Shown piece by piece: positions 1 to 23,700 of a stretch of DNA of 64,000 nucleotides. The stretch lies in the NCBI GenBank assembly GCA_964188305.1, contig OZ076895.1, one strand, 5' to 3'. This stretch comes from Podarcis bocagei (Eukaryota). The first letter of the stretch is position 1, and every line of letters starts with the position of its first letter. A program made the translations under genes and the position numbers. The notes below the pieces were generated by a model that worked only from the letters and a program-made list of their open reading frames with translations, was not told the origin of the DNA and searched no databases.

Positions 1-147
1 AATCTCAATTACTTAGAATGGTGTTGTCTTTTATCATTACCAGGATTAATAGAACTACTGTACTGCCATATATTTTTCTGTTTTTTAAAACACACTTTGA
101 AATTGAGAAGCTTCATCCTATGATACTTATCTTCTTCCTTTTGACAG

Positions 148-11384
<11,237 letters not shown>

Positions 11385-13899
11385 AACTGGATAAAGAGCA
11401 CGACCCAAGAATCCCTGAAAGTTAGATGTAAATAATATAAGACAAATTTTACACAACTTACATATTTGCAGTATTGTATGGGTGGATTGAGGACAGAAAT
11501 GTGATCCTACCTTTGTGAGTACTCTGTAGTTAATATTCTGCAGGAAGAACATTCTTTCTACTACATTGGCAAAACTGCAAATGACTCAATGCAAGATGCT
11601 TCTTGATGAATTGGAAGCTTTACTGGTATACTGCTTCCTAAAATTGAGGAGGAAGGAAACAGGGCAGCTCCCCTGAGGGCACCTCCCTTCACATCCAGTC
11701 TGGTGCTTGTGGGCTAAAGTAGCAGTGAAGGAAGACAGCAAAGCAGGCACCTGCACAATGCAGATACCATTTTTGCACTATGATAAAGTACAAAAGTGGA
11801 TGTCAGAGGGCAGTCCCATTCTTGCTATAGCCTACATTGTCATGGATACAGCTGGAGTGAGGTCTGGTGTAATTTAGAGGTATGGGAAAACTGCATCTGA
11901 CAAATATTCTGTAAGCCATTTTGAGAATTGGGGGAAGTGTTTTACATAAAACAAATAAGCAAGCAGTACATGCGCTGTATAAAACTGACTATGGGTCACA
12001 TTCTAGCCAATGTAAAGTTTTATAATCATGTTATACTTCAATTATTAGAGACCCATTTAAGCCACAGTCCATAGGTATAAATATGCTAAGCCAGAAAAAA
12101 TGACATTTCGGATAGCGTACCTGAATATATTTGGCAGTAACCCTCAATATCATGGGCAAAGGCTGCAATGGAACAAATAACTGAAAGCAGAAAGCAGTTA
12201 AATTGAACAAACTCCATAGCTGTATCGTATACTGTGATGAACATTTTATTCATCTGTATTTGTCAGCTGTAAATCATAAACTGAAGCTACAATGTAATAG
12301 CACATCTATTTCTCCTTGACAAGAACTTGTAATTTAGAGAAGTGTAAAACAAGAAAAGTTGCTTTGTTGTGAAATAAAGTACATCTCTAACTGAAAAATC
12401 TTGTTTAAGAAAACAAAACCATAACTGCATACACATGTCACTGTTTATTAGTAGGACTTTTATCCTTAACACCTGAAATAAGGCATACCAGCACTTCCTG
12501 TGGGTAACATCTGTAGCAGACTGCATTCTTCCTGCCACAGGTTCCATGTAAAATCAGTTTGGGGCAGAAGTCCAATGTGGATCACTCTTGAACTAATGAT
12601 CTTCTGACCCACATGTGAGATTACTACAGGGAATTAGAATGGTAACCATGGATTTGTACACATCATTCTACATTCATATACTCACCATTTTGGCTCCTTG
12701 CAAGTGAGAACAGAACAGCACCTTCTCCCACACAGTAGAAAATCTATTTGACCTTGGGTTGATTTTTTTCCTTAACTGTCATGAAGTTGGGGATTAAAAA
12801 TACCACTACCTAAACAAACCTTTGGAAGAAAAAAAACTTTCGATCTTGCCTCTGGACTAAATCACAAGATTGCTTGGTATCTTTAGAGTGGAACTTTGAT
12901 AGGAGACTCTTTTCTTCATAGAGCACATGACTGGGATATTGTCTCAGAAAATGCCAATCCATGTGCTATTTGGACAACTGAAAATGCTGGGTGTCTCACA
13001 ATATAACAGCACAAAAGAGGTTTGTATACACAAAGATACTATAGAAAGTAATGCTTTTTCTTTTCATCTTTAGTGAGTTATGGATTTGGATAATCAAAGA
13101 ATGGTCCAATGGTCTTAAAACTTGAAAGGTTTCAAATCCCTATTTAATTTGGTAGAACAATAATTGTTTTCTGGTGTGGTGTGTAAAATTTAGAAATGAT
13201 CTCAATTTGTTACAAAATGGACTTTAAAAAGAAATGAAACTCCAACCCCAACATACAGTATTACAGAGAAGCATGGCTACCTGCAATTTTTGTTTTTCTC
13301 ATAAAATACAAGTTTAGCTTTCCAGAAAGTTATCCCACTCTACAATTGTAAAAAGTTGAATTTCCATGCTCTCCAGCCAATGGGTAACACTACCTGGATC
13401 TGGCTTTACTGGCTCTTTCTCACTTCACCACCAAAAATTAATCTCCAGTTTTGCTAACATGTCAGATGTTTGGTATCCAACAGCCAGCTAACCTAATTAA
13501 TAATAGTCTAATAGAAAGAAATAAGCCCCATTGAGTCCAATGGAAATTACTCAGTGCAGCTTACTTCCAAGTTACAAACCACACACTTTGGCACTTTTCA
13601 TCATACTGTTCAGCATCTTTCCCCCACCCCGAATTTTTTTGGGTGGGATATTTTATCACATTTTGTAAACTACCCCGGTCTGGAAACATTGCAGAAAGAT
13701 AGCATCTGAGTCTTTCATATATTCATTCGTGTGTGTGCGTGTGTTGTGCTTGCCTTACAGAGTATCTAGCCTGAAAAATAGCTTTGGAGAACTTGAATAC
13801 CCATATTTTTACCACTCTTTTAACAACACCTCAATAAGATCTAATTCCGTATAATGTGATCCCGAACAGAGACTCTTAAGCACGCCTTAGTAGGGTTTG

Positions 13900-14750
13900 G
13901 AAGGGTGGTTCGTAACCCACTTTTAAAACACTTTTATCCACCCCGATTAGCAACTACCACAGGGAAGCGAAAGCGCACGCGGGGCGAATCCCTTCGCGTT
14001 CAGTAACTTTAGGGAAACCACAGACCGTGCGTTTCATTCACAGAGAAACGCCTTCTTCCCAGCTGCGCCTGACTGGCCTTCAGCCTCCCTGCACAACTAA
14101 TAATAATATATACAAAGAAATGAAAAAGGCGAAAAAGCCCGGGGCGGGAGAGGAGGTGGATGGCGACGTTCCCGGTTTTCTAATCCCACCCCGCCAAGCC
14201 TGCTAGGGCGGGCCTGTTGTGGCTACCCCGGGGCAGCGGCGGGGCTGGCAGAGGGCGGGCCATGCCCTGACTGAGGACGGCAAAGTTAGCCAAGTCGCGG
14301 GGCCGCCTCCGTCTGAGACACAACACGCACACGCACATACACCAGGCGCAACTCGGCATGGCCCGGCTCGGCGGCGGCGGCGCCTCTTTCCCGCCCCCTT
14401 CCTCCTCCTCCTCCTCCAGCCGGTGGTGGTCCTGCTCTTGGGGGGTTTTCCTTCTCTGGGCCGTGGCAGAAACTCGAGCAGGTGAGAAAGACCACAGACG
14501 CGTGTCTGGAAAGTCCCCGGGAACAGCCTGTTCAGGCTCGGTACTAGGATACGTTTAGGGGAAACCCGGTTCCAAGGGAGGAGGGAGGGAGGGAGGAGCA
14601 GCCGGACACCTTTCTGGAATAGGCTGTCTCTTGTTTTCACCCCCCGCTGCCCCTTGCTGAAAGAGATGCAACATTTTTAAAAAATGCTCACGGAGACGCC
14701 GCTCGTTCGGAGCTAAAACGGCGCCGAGCGCTGATAGGTCGAGGCTGCCC
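13900..14750. promoter_or_regulatory. CpG island / PLBD1 promoter and exon 1
   Basis: Sharp rise in GC and CpG against an AT-rich background; GGGCGG GC boxes near 14141, 14206 and 14253; surrounds the ATG at 14358. Confidence 0.85.
14358..14481 (+). CDS. PLBD1: PLBD1 exon 1 (MARLGGGG...[14 protein letters not shown]), signal peptide
   Basis: ggcATGg Kozak context; gcag|gtgaga donor; phase 1 matches exon 2. Confidence 0.9.
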
Positions 14751-17700
14751 AGGTTCTAACATTTCAAAAGCAAAGGGACTTCTCCTGGAGGAGTTGGGGG
14801 TGCATGGCATCTCTGTGGGGCTGCAGGGTCTCCAAACTCATGCAGCTGTTTTGTTCCTCAAGAAAGACCCCATGTCTTGTCATAAGAGGATGTGTGTGTT
14901 TTTGTGTGTGTGATTTGATGAATCCCAAAATGAGACATCTCCTCCAACCACCACCACCATCAATGGTAATTTTACTCTATACTACAAAAAGGCGTTTTTC
15001 CTTGTAGTTGTAACTTAATCTTCGTACCTTAGCCGCTGTCAGGCCACATGGATCGAAAAGTGGCATCCAACAGTAAAAAGAAATGCAGGCATAAGCTGCA
15101 GTTAAGCAAAGCTGCCTGCATAGCTTGCATAAAGTCTTCCATCCCTCAACTGCTCGTTCTGCTAGTCGGAGAACAAATTGTACACAACACTTAAGGGATG
15201 TGAGACACCATCAGGGCACTCTGTTTTCTGAATTATGAAAAAGCCTCAAGAGTCCACATCAAAGCTTGGAAATATTAGCGTTGTAGGAGCTATTGCCTTG
15301 TAGATGAAGTTGTGTTTCCTGTACTTTTAAAAGAAGCCTTGCAAAATAGAAGAAATGCCACTGAATCCAATATTAGCATACTGTACTGTGTTAATGTAAA
15401 GTATTTTTATAGCACATCGTCATCATAACTATCACATGGCATTAACAATGGTGCTTGTAATCTTGGAATATATTATTAAACTGTGCATGAATCAGTTGAA
15501 GCTATGATTTAACGATGTTGCACAGTCTTCAGCTTTAATGAGAGCTGAAATAGATGTGACAGCAGCCACATATATACCTCACTTGTGGTCCACCATGCAA
15601 ATTGGTCCATCTGTGGAGAATCAGGACACCAGCAGATAATATGTACTGCTGGTGTATTAATTCTATGGGTGAATGGGCAAGCTGGCATAGTGAGTTCGAT
15701 TATACATTCAAGTTGCTGCAACTCTTGCACAATTTCTGCCTCAACATATTCCCCCCCCCTTGTCTCTGTTGTTTTAAATCTTTATTTAACATTGCCCAAA
15801 CAACTTGGGCACACCTTTAGAGCTGCTGTCTTCAAAAAATAATCTAATATACAATATTATGGCATATCAACATATTTCCATTGGCCATATTATTCTTATG
15901 TCTCACTTTGTATTTCCTTTGAAAGGCATGCTAACCCTTTGGACGCAGGTGCATGTCAACTCAAAAAGCCTGGCTTTCTTAACTTTCTGACAGTAAGAGC
16001 TGTTTGACAGTAGAACAGACCTTTGGGGATCCCTTCCAACTCTTTGATTCTAGTGCTTCAGCAGAGACATAGACTATGTACACACTATAACTTTAAAGCA
16101 TATTTGAAGCACATTAGTTGCCTCAAATAATTTCTGGAGCTACAGTTTAAGGGTTGCTGGGAGCTGTAATTCCGTGAGGGGTAAACTACTGTGCCCAGAA
16201 TTCTTTGAGGGGGAAAAAGTGCTTAGAAGGGTGTACATTACTGCAGTGGGACTAGAACATGGCAAAGAAGTCATACAGTAGTCTTGAAAAAGTTGAGCTT
16301 TCACAGCACCTCAGAAAAAGGAAAGTTCAGCAACTGGATGCTTCAGGGAAGCCCACAAGTAGGATAGGAAACCTTTTTCCATTTGTTCACCAGTTACTCC
16401 TCTTTAAGGGACGCAGGTGGCGCTGTAGGCTAAACCACAGAGCCTAGGGCTTGCCAATCAGAAGGTCAGTGGTTTGAATGCCCGCGAGGGGGTGAGCTCC
16501 CATTGCTCGGTCCCTGCTCCTGCCAACTTAGCAGTTCGAAAGCACGTCAAAGTGCAAGTAGATAAATAGGCTTGGAAGCTGTTTGCTGTCTCCTTTGGCC
16601 AGTAAAGCAAGATGAGCGCCGCAACCCCAGAGTCATCCGCGACTGGACCGAAAGGTCAGGGGTCCCTTTACCCCTCTTTAGCGGATCTAATTGCAATCAT
16701 AACCCCGATGAGCCAATATAAATAAAGCTACAGCATGCTTTGAAGCCAGAACTTGGCAAACTCAATGTTGTACAAATGTAGGTAAATGGATAGTTAGCTG
16801 AGCTACTTAAATGCTCAGTGAAATATCTGATTTGGCACCACCAGTCATTTCTGCCTGTACATCCAATTTCCGAAAGGGTACAAAAAATTTGTTTAATGTG
16901 TACAAATAATGTAATAATAACAGAAAGGAACTATGCATTTCTGAAGATGACAAATGTTAAGCTTGTCCTTTAACTTCAGGGTGTTGTTTTTGTGGCAGAA
17001 AGTGAAACGGGTAACTCTGATCAAGTTCTGCAATTGTGGCTACTCAGCAATTCAGAAATGGTTTCCTCTAAAAGGAGATAGGGGAAGAGAAACCATTTAG
17101 TTCCTTTGCTGTCATAAGTTTTAAAAGCAAAGAGATTTTGGGAAGAATGATTTCTGATCATGTTTTTGAAATCAAAGTTGACATTTTAAAAAATACAACT
17201 GACCAAAAAGGAAGATTTTAAAAGGTGGTGTTTTTTTAAAAAAATAAATAAATATAAATAGTTCCCCCTTCCCATTTGTTAGTGCTTATTTGAAGCACTT
17301 GTATATTTATCTGGATAGAGTTAAGATTACCACAATAAGCTGAAAATAAGTGTCAAAGTAGTTCTACCATCCTGAACATAGTTCTTTCTTTAGTTTATCA
17401 CACTTTAACATATGTATAGATGGAAAACCTGCAAATGGAACATTGTGACTTGTCTGGTATGCATGTTGTTATCTCCTTAGGTCTCATTTGTTGTCCATTC
17501 CCTTTGAGTCTAAGGGTGATGTTTGCAATTTTTCTTGTTTTTCCATTTTTGTGTACGCTTTGTGTCTTTGCATAACTTTGCACATCTAGATGAATATCTA
17601 GAGGGTGGAAAATACATGTAGAATATGCTTAGCTGTGCAATTCTTGCCAGAAAAAGTGTCCATGCCCTTGCAAGAAGAACTAGAGGGAGGATAGAAATTG

Positions 17701-20700
17701 AACCACATTAAATTTATGCTAAGTCTAGATATGCAGCTATTTCTCTGGCAGGGATCCATGCCTTTAAAAATCTAAAAAGTGCAGCTTTCTCCATCAGTAT
17801 GTCTTCATAGGAAGAAAAGCTGTACCATTTGGATTTCTGCCTGCAGGTGTTAAAAGCACAGAAACCCTGCTTTAAAAAAAAGATGTAGCAGATCTATCTA
17901 TAAAGCAGTGTACCTTAACAAACAAACAAACAAAAAAACAAGCCTGCATTGATGTGCACTGTTCTGTGGCCTGTTGTTTGGTGGTTTTATTTTAGGCTTT
18001 TAATGTAAATGTTATTTGTTTTTAATTGTGATATTTTTGTAACCTACCCTGAAGCACAGTCCTTCAGAAATCCTGGCACATCCACGCTGAGGTCTGCCCA
18101 ACATGGGCAGCTGAGCAGACAAATCACCTCAGCTCTGCCTCCCTTTTATACTTTGCATGCTGATTGCAGCATCTGGGCTTGACGAGGCAGGTGACCCTCA
18201 CCTGCTCCAAGCCTCCTCCAGTTGAGGAATCACATACAGTGGTACCTTGGTTTACGAACTTAATCCGTTCCGGAAGTCTATTCTTAAACCAAGGCGTGCT
18301 TTCCCATAGCAGCGGGGGACTCAGTTTACAAATGGAACACACTCAACAGGTAGCGGAACATGTTCTGCTTCGAAGGCAAAGTTCACAAACCAAAACACCT
18401 ACTTCCGGGTTTGCAGTGTTCTTAATCCAACTCGTTCATAAACTAAGCCGTTCTTAAACCAAGGTACCACTGTACTTCTTCCCAGAACTAGTGAGCCCCA
18501 CCTGGCCAGGTAGGGAGCTGGGCTGTGGGCCCTTGTCTGCCTCAGCCTCCTGGTGGCACTCCTCTTACTGTTCCCTACGCCTCAGAGCCTGCCATATTTA
18601 TGGAGACAGGAATCTCTGATGCGTCCTAACGCTCTGGTTCCTGTGCACTGACTCCCATCCCCTTGTCATCCTCTGTCACCCCGTGAGTGCTTCCTACACC
18701 AAACTCTCCTTCCCCATCCCCAGCTTGCCCTGGCGTATCCCAGTCCTGGCTACACCCTTTGCTGGGATCTTCTTCCTCTTCCCCACTGTCCTACCCGTTC
18801 ATGGCAGCAACTTGAATTTAGTCCGGTATTCCTTCCTTCCTTCCAACCTGAAAATATATTTCTTAAGAGAAACTCATTAACACATGTTGATTAAAATTAT
18901 GTTGCCCTGCCAGTTAAAATTGCCTCAGAGGCTGAACCTGAGCTGGCTTCTGTAGCTGGCCCTCTCTTGTCTGTGAATAGGCATTCACTTCGCAAACAGA
19001 AGTGCCAGAGAAAATAGATGAAAAAATACAAATGGACTGTTAATATAGCTTTGCCACCATTAAACCTATCCAGCGATTCACTGTGGTGTCAGCGAAGCAA
19101 GATGGCAAATGTTTTAATTATTAATACTTGGTTGGAAAATAGACCTCTCACACCTGATAGAAATTATAAGTTATTATCCCACATAGTAATTTTGGTTTTG
19201 AGGATCAGAAAATAAAATAAAAGAGAATGCTTGCTGTTCTTAGGTTGCCCAAAAGAAGCAACATCATATGTATTTTTGAAATGGAAGGCAACGTGAATTG
19301 CTCAGCCAAACAGTTCTGCCTTCACAGGAAATGTTGAGAAAGTTTACTGTAGTTAAGTTGAAGTACCGTAACTATAAAAGTTAATCAACAAACACCAGCC
19401 ATATGTAAACTGTGTAAAGGTTCAGCTTTGCCAGACAGAAACATCAGGTAACCTTGAGGTGCAGTTATAAAGCTGGCAACAAAATGACCCTCTGAATTTA
19501 GTAATAACAACAATAAGTTCATTACCATTACATCTACAAGCAGAACTGAGGGTTGGGAATTTATATTGGCTAGTCTAGTTTTATCTGGATGCATTTTCTT
19601 CTGTTATTTTCATTTTTCTCTTATTGATAACTTTTCAATCTATTTTTAAAATAAAGGTGGGGTTTTTTTTAGAAGATCTTCTCAAAAATGCATGTTACCA
19701 TAAAAAAACTTTCAAGTCAAAGCTGAGTGTTTGTTTTTGTGTGTCTGAGGCCTTATTAGTCGTCCCATATCTAATTGCCTTAGTTTGTTGTGCCAGTTGG
19801 GTTGTTTTTTTTTTTAAGTTCCAAAGGTTAAGAGGCTTTTTAGTAATACAGTACGGTAAAAAGCCAACAACAATGAGAAAACACCCCATGGTATTTGTGG
19901 TTAAGCAGGTGTTGGTTTACCTCATTTTCTTGCCTCCTTTTCCTCTAAGACTTTGCTGTCACAGTCATCTTAACATTTCATGTTTTCTTCTTTCTTTCTT
20001 TCCTCACCTTCATTTATAACTGCTCAAATCTTGCCTGGTGATAGCCTGGAGGCAAGAACACATCAGGTTATGCTTACAAGCAATTATAAGCAGACTGAGA
20101 GTGTGTGTGAGTTTTACACACAAGCCTTTGACTGGGACATTGTTGTGGTAGATGTAAAAGGAAAAGCGTTTCTCTTCAACCAGGCATTTGGCTGGCTGAC
20201 ATTCTATGGCTTTTAAAATGTGTTGTGAGGGGGTTATTGGTTTGTTTTTCTATTACCATGTATTTTGTATTTTTATGTTGTGAATTGCCCAGGAATCTTC
20301 TGATGCAGGGCAGTTCCTGATATGAATCTTTATTCTCCACTAGTTACTGAATTAGATCTTCACTCACCCCTACTTCCCTGGCATGGGGGACCCTGCCATT
20401 TTGGGGTTCGCCTCAAGTTCAAAAATGTATTGGGCCAGCCCTGGTATCAATTCAAATAAGTTTATCACTTTGGTTTACATCAGATTGTATCCTGCAACAT
20501 AGCAGCTAAAGTCTGGATATATTCCTAGTTAAATGGGCCAGATCTGGTTAACACTACAATTCATTATTAGAAATAGCTGTTGAAGGTTAGCAAAGCCTTC
20601 TGTGGGCGTCCGTGAACAAGCAAGGCTCATATGGAACTTATTTCCAAGTATAGTTGTTTGTTTGTTTGTGTGTGTTTATGTATGGGTTTTTAAATAGTAG

Positions 20701-23700
20701 CATATTTCACAATGTTTAAGATAAAAGCTCTCAAGTGGTTTTGTCACGTAAAATGTGCTTCCTGGTGTGTGAAGGTATGAAACTGAAATGCTGTAACAAA
20801 GAGCATACTAATGAGAAAATTAGGTACAAGAATACTGTGGAGATTGGAAAATGCAGATGTTGAGAACAGAGAAAGTAAGTTACCTTATTTCAATCAGATA
20901 GGAACATTTTCATAGTGGTAAAAGAAACTAGCTTTTTATTTGCTATGTCAAAGTGTTCAGGCAAAATGGTTTCTTGTAGCTATCAGTGTGACAGATTAGG
21001 CCTACCTTGAAGCAGCATAAAATTACATAATCATCCAGAAATAGTTCAAAGAGAATAATTCAAAACCTGAATTTGTGTGTAGAGAGTAAGTGCATGGTGC
21101 CTATACATCCTCTGGTCTTAACATTTATTGTTCAACATTTTTATGTGAGTGTTTATCTCTGATTGGCACAAAAACATCTTTTTCATTTCCTTTTGAAGTC
21201 TCCAAGGCTGAGCCATGGATGATGCCTTTTGGTGGAAATACTTCAAAATCTGAGCTTTAACATCCTTTAAAGTGGTTTTGTTTTTGTAAAGATCATGCAT
21301 TTTATACATTTTTGTGCTACAAATAGGCCAGAGACTAAGGAGAGCATTTGTTGGGGGGGGGGGTGCAGTTGGAAGTGGGAAGTATGAAAGTCCAATTTAG
21401 TGATCGGAAAGCTCTTTGCAATTCTTAGGATTGAAGCTACTGTTCCTTTTGGGTTTTGTTTTTTTTAGGGGAGCTAATTATTCTTAATGTTGATATATTC
21501 CGCACCTGGAAAATAATGGCCATGTTACAACAAACGTAAAAAAAAAAAAAAAATCTGTTCTCTAGCTCTAATAAACTAATGGAATTATCATAAGCCTGTC
21601 AGAAGAACCATTTATAATAATATGGGTTTTTATTATTGACAATCTGTTTTAGGTACCCAACCAGACACACAACGGTTCTTAATGCACTAATTTGACTAGG
21701 AAGGAAATCTCTCCCACTCACATTTACTAATAGTCCCATGGGTGATATACAGCAAAATCATACCCAGACTATTGAAATAAATGGATTTGAGTAATTGAAG
21801 TTAATTTATTTAAGTAGCTCTACTCTGACTGTAGGGCTTGCTGATTGGAAGGTCGGCGGTTCGAATCCCTGTGATGGGGTGAGCTCCCGTTGCTTGGTCC
21901 CAGCTTCTGCCAACCTGGCAGTTCAAAAGCACGTCAAATTGCAAGTAGATAAATAGGGACTGCTCCGGTGGGAAGGTAAACTGTGTTTCCGTGCACTTCT
22001 CTGGTTTCGCCAGAAGCTGCTTAGTCATTCTGGCCACATGACCCGGAAAAACTGTCTGTGGACAAACGTAGGCTCCCTCAGCCAGTAAAGCGAGATGAGT
22101 GCCGCAGGTTTGTGACTGGACTTAACTGTCAGGGGTCCTTTACCTTTACCTTACTCTGAGTGTAATTTAGAAACCACCCATGGAATAACAGAAACATTGC
22201 CACCCGACCCCACCCCCACTCACTCCACCTCTTTCCCGCTTTTCTTCCTAAAGTAACACTAATGTCTCAACAAATGAAACTGATCTGTAGAAAATGTAAC
22301 TTGAAAAAAGAGACATTGCACATACTTTAGTAAACCAATAAATCTTTAATAAAAATATGTTTTGTTTTTTTTAAAAAAGGAACCACCCGTGGATCTATAT
22401 TTTCCTATTGAAATGAGTTATCCAGTACTTTACGGGACTGCCATTTGCAGTATGGTATTCTATTTTTCCAATTTTCTCTTTGAATTATTTACAGATACTC
22501 ACTATGCCACCGTATATTGGCAGAAAACTGAGAAGACCTTCCAGGTTAAGGATGTATTGGATAAGAATGGTGATGCTTATGGCTATTATAATGACACTGT
22601 ACAGTCTACAGGATGGGGGGTTCTTGAGATCAAAGCGGGCTATGGTAACCAGCCCATAAGCAATGAAGACCTCATGTACGCTGCAGGTTACTTGGAGGGC
22701 TATCTCACTGCTTCGTAAGTACCTCTGAAAACTAAATGGAGTCATCTGGTGGGGGCATTACAAGTATACATGTTAGAAGAGAAGAGCCAATTGAGCTCAT
22801 TGTATATTTATTGTTACAGATTTATATTCCTTTTAATCATAAAACATGTATTCAGTGAACAAACATGAAACCATGTAAAGCAATATACATTTGAATCATC
22901 TGTAATAATATATAATAAATAATAAATAGCTGAGTCACACATCAGGGAACACGAATAGTAAGTTTTAGTCAATATGGAAAATTTAATATTGAAGATGCTT
23001 GCTTAACATTAGCTGGAAGGGAATTCTAGGTATATGGGGGATGTAATTGTTCATTGAGAGAGAGCTACATTGTTCTATAATAGCATTCAGGTTCCTGAAA
23101 TCTGTCTGTGATCAGCTATAAGTAAAATACACATTATCCACAATTTATTTCTGAATGTGGTTTATGGCATCATATGTATTATTAAACATGGCTGGACAAA
23201 GCATCTTAATGTTCACTTGGCCTTAAAGTAATGGGTGGAATGGATGGGACAGAAATGATCTGTATTGACATGGTGTGACTTCAGAGGCATCCAAACTTAT
23301 TAGATGAAATGTGGTATCTTATTCAAAACTTGGGATAAACTGGATATTTGGTTAGTGTTCTGGGCCCATCTTGCCAAAGCTAATTTGGGACTTCATATCA
23401 ACATTCCTTACTGTCATATCATGCTCAGCATTCATTATGAATGTATCACAATGTGTGACGTATGACTTGAGATACATGCTGGACATTTGGCCTAGAAGCA
23501 GATGGTCTATTGTTTTGTTGTTGTTGTTGTTTTTTAATGCATTTTCATAGTTTGAGCTATAATTTGAGGGATGAGGAATGCCTTTTGAGCTGGGCTGTTC
23601 TAGCTCCTGCTGGGTTTCATCAGCGGGTTGGGACAAGTTCCAACGAGCTGGGTGTTGCATGGCTAATGGTACTTTTCTCTTCCTGGAGCGCTTCCAGTTG

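Noticed and set aside
14203-14640. 145-aa minus-strand ORF and other ORFs over the CpG island
   Set aside because: Low-complexity antisense shadow of the GC-rich PLBD1 exon 1.
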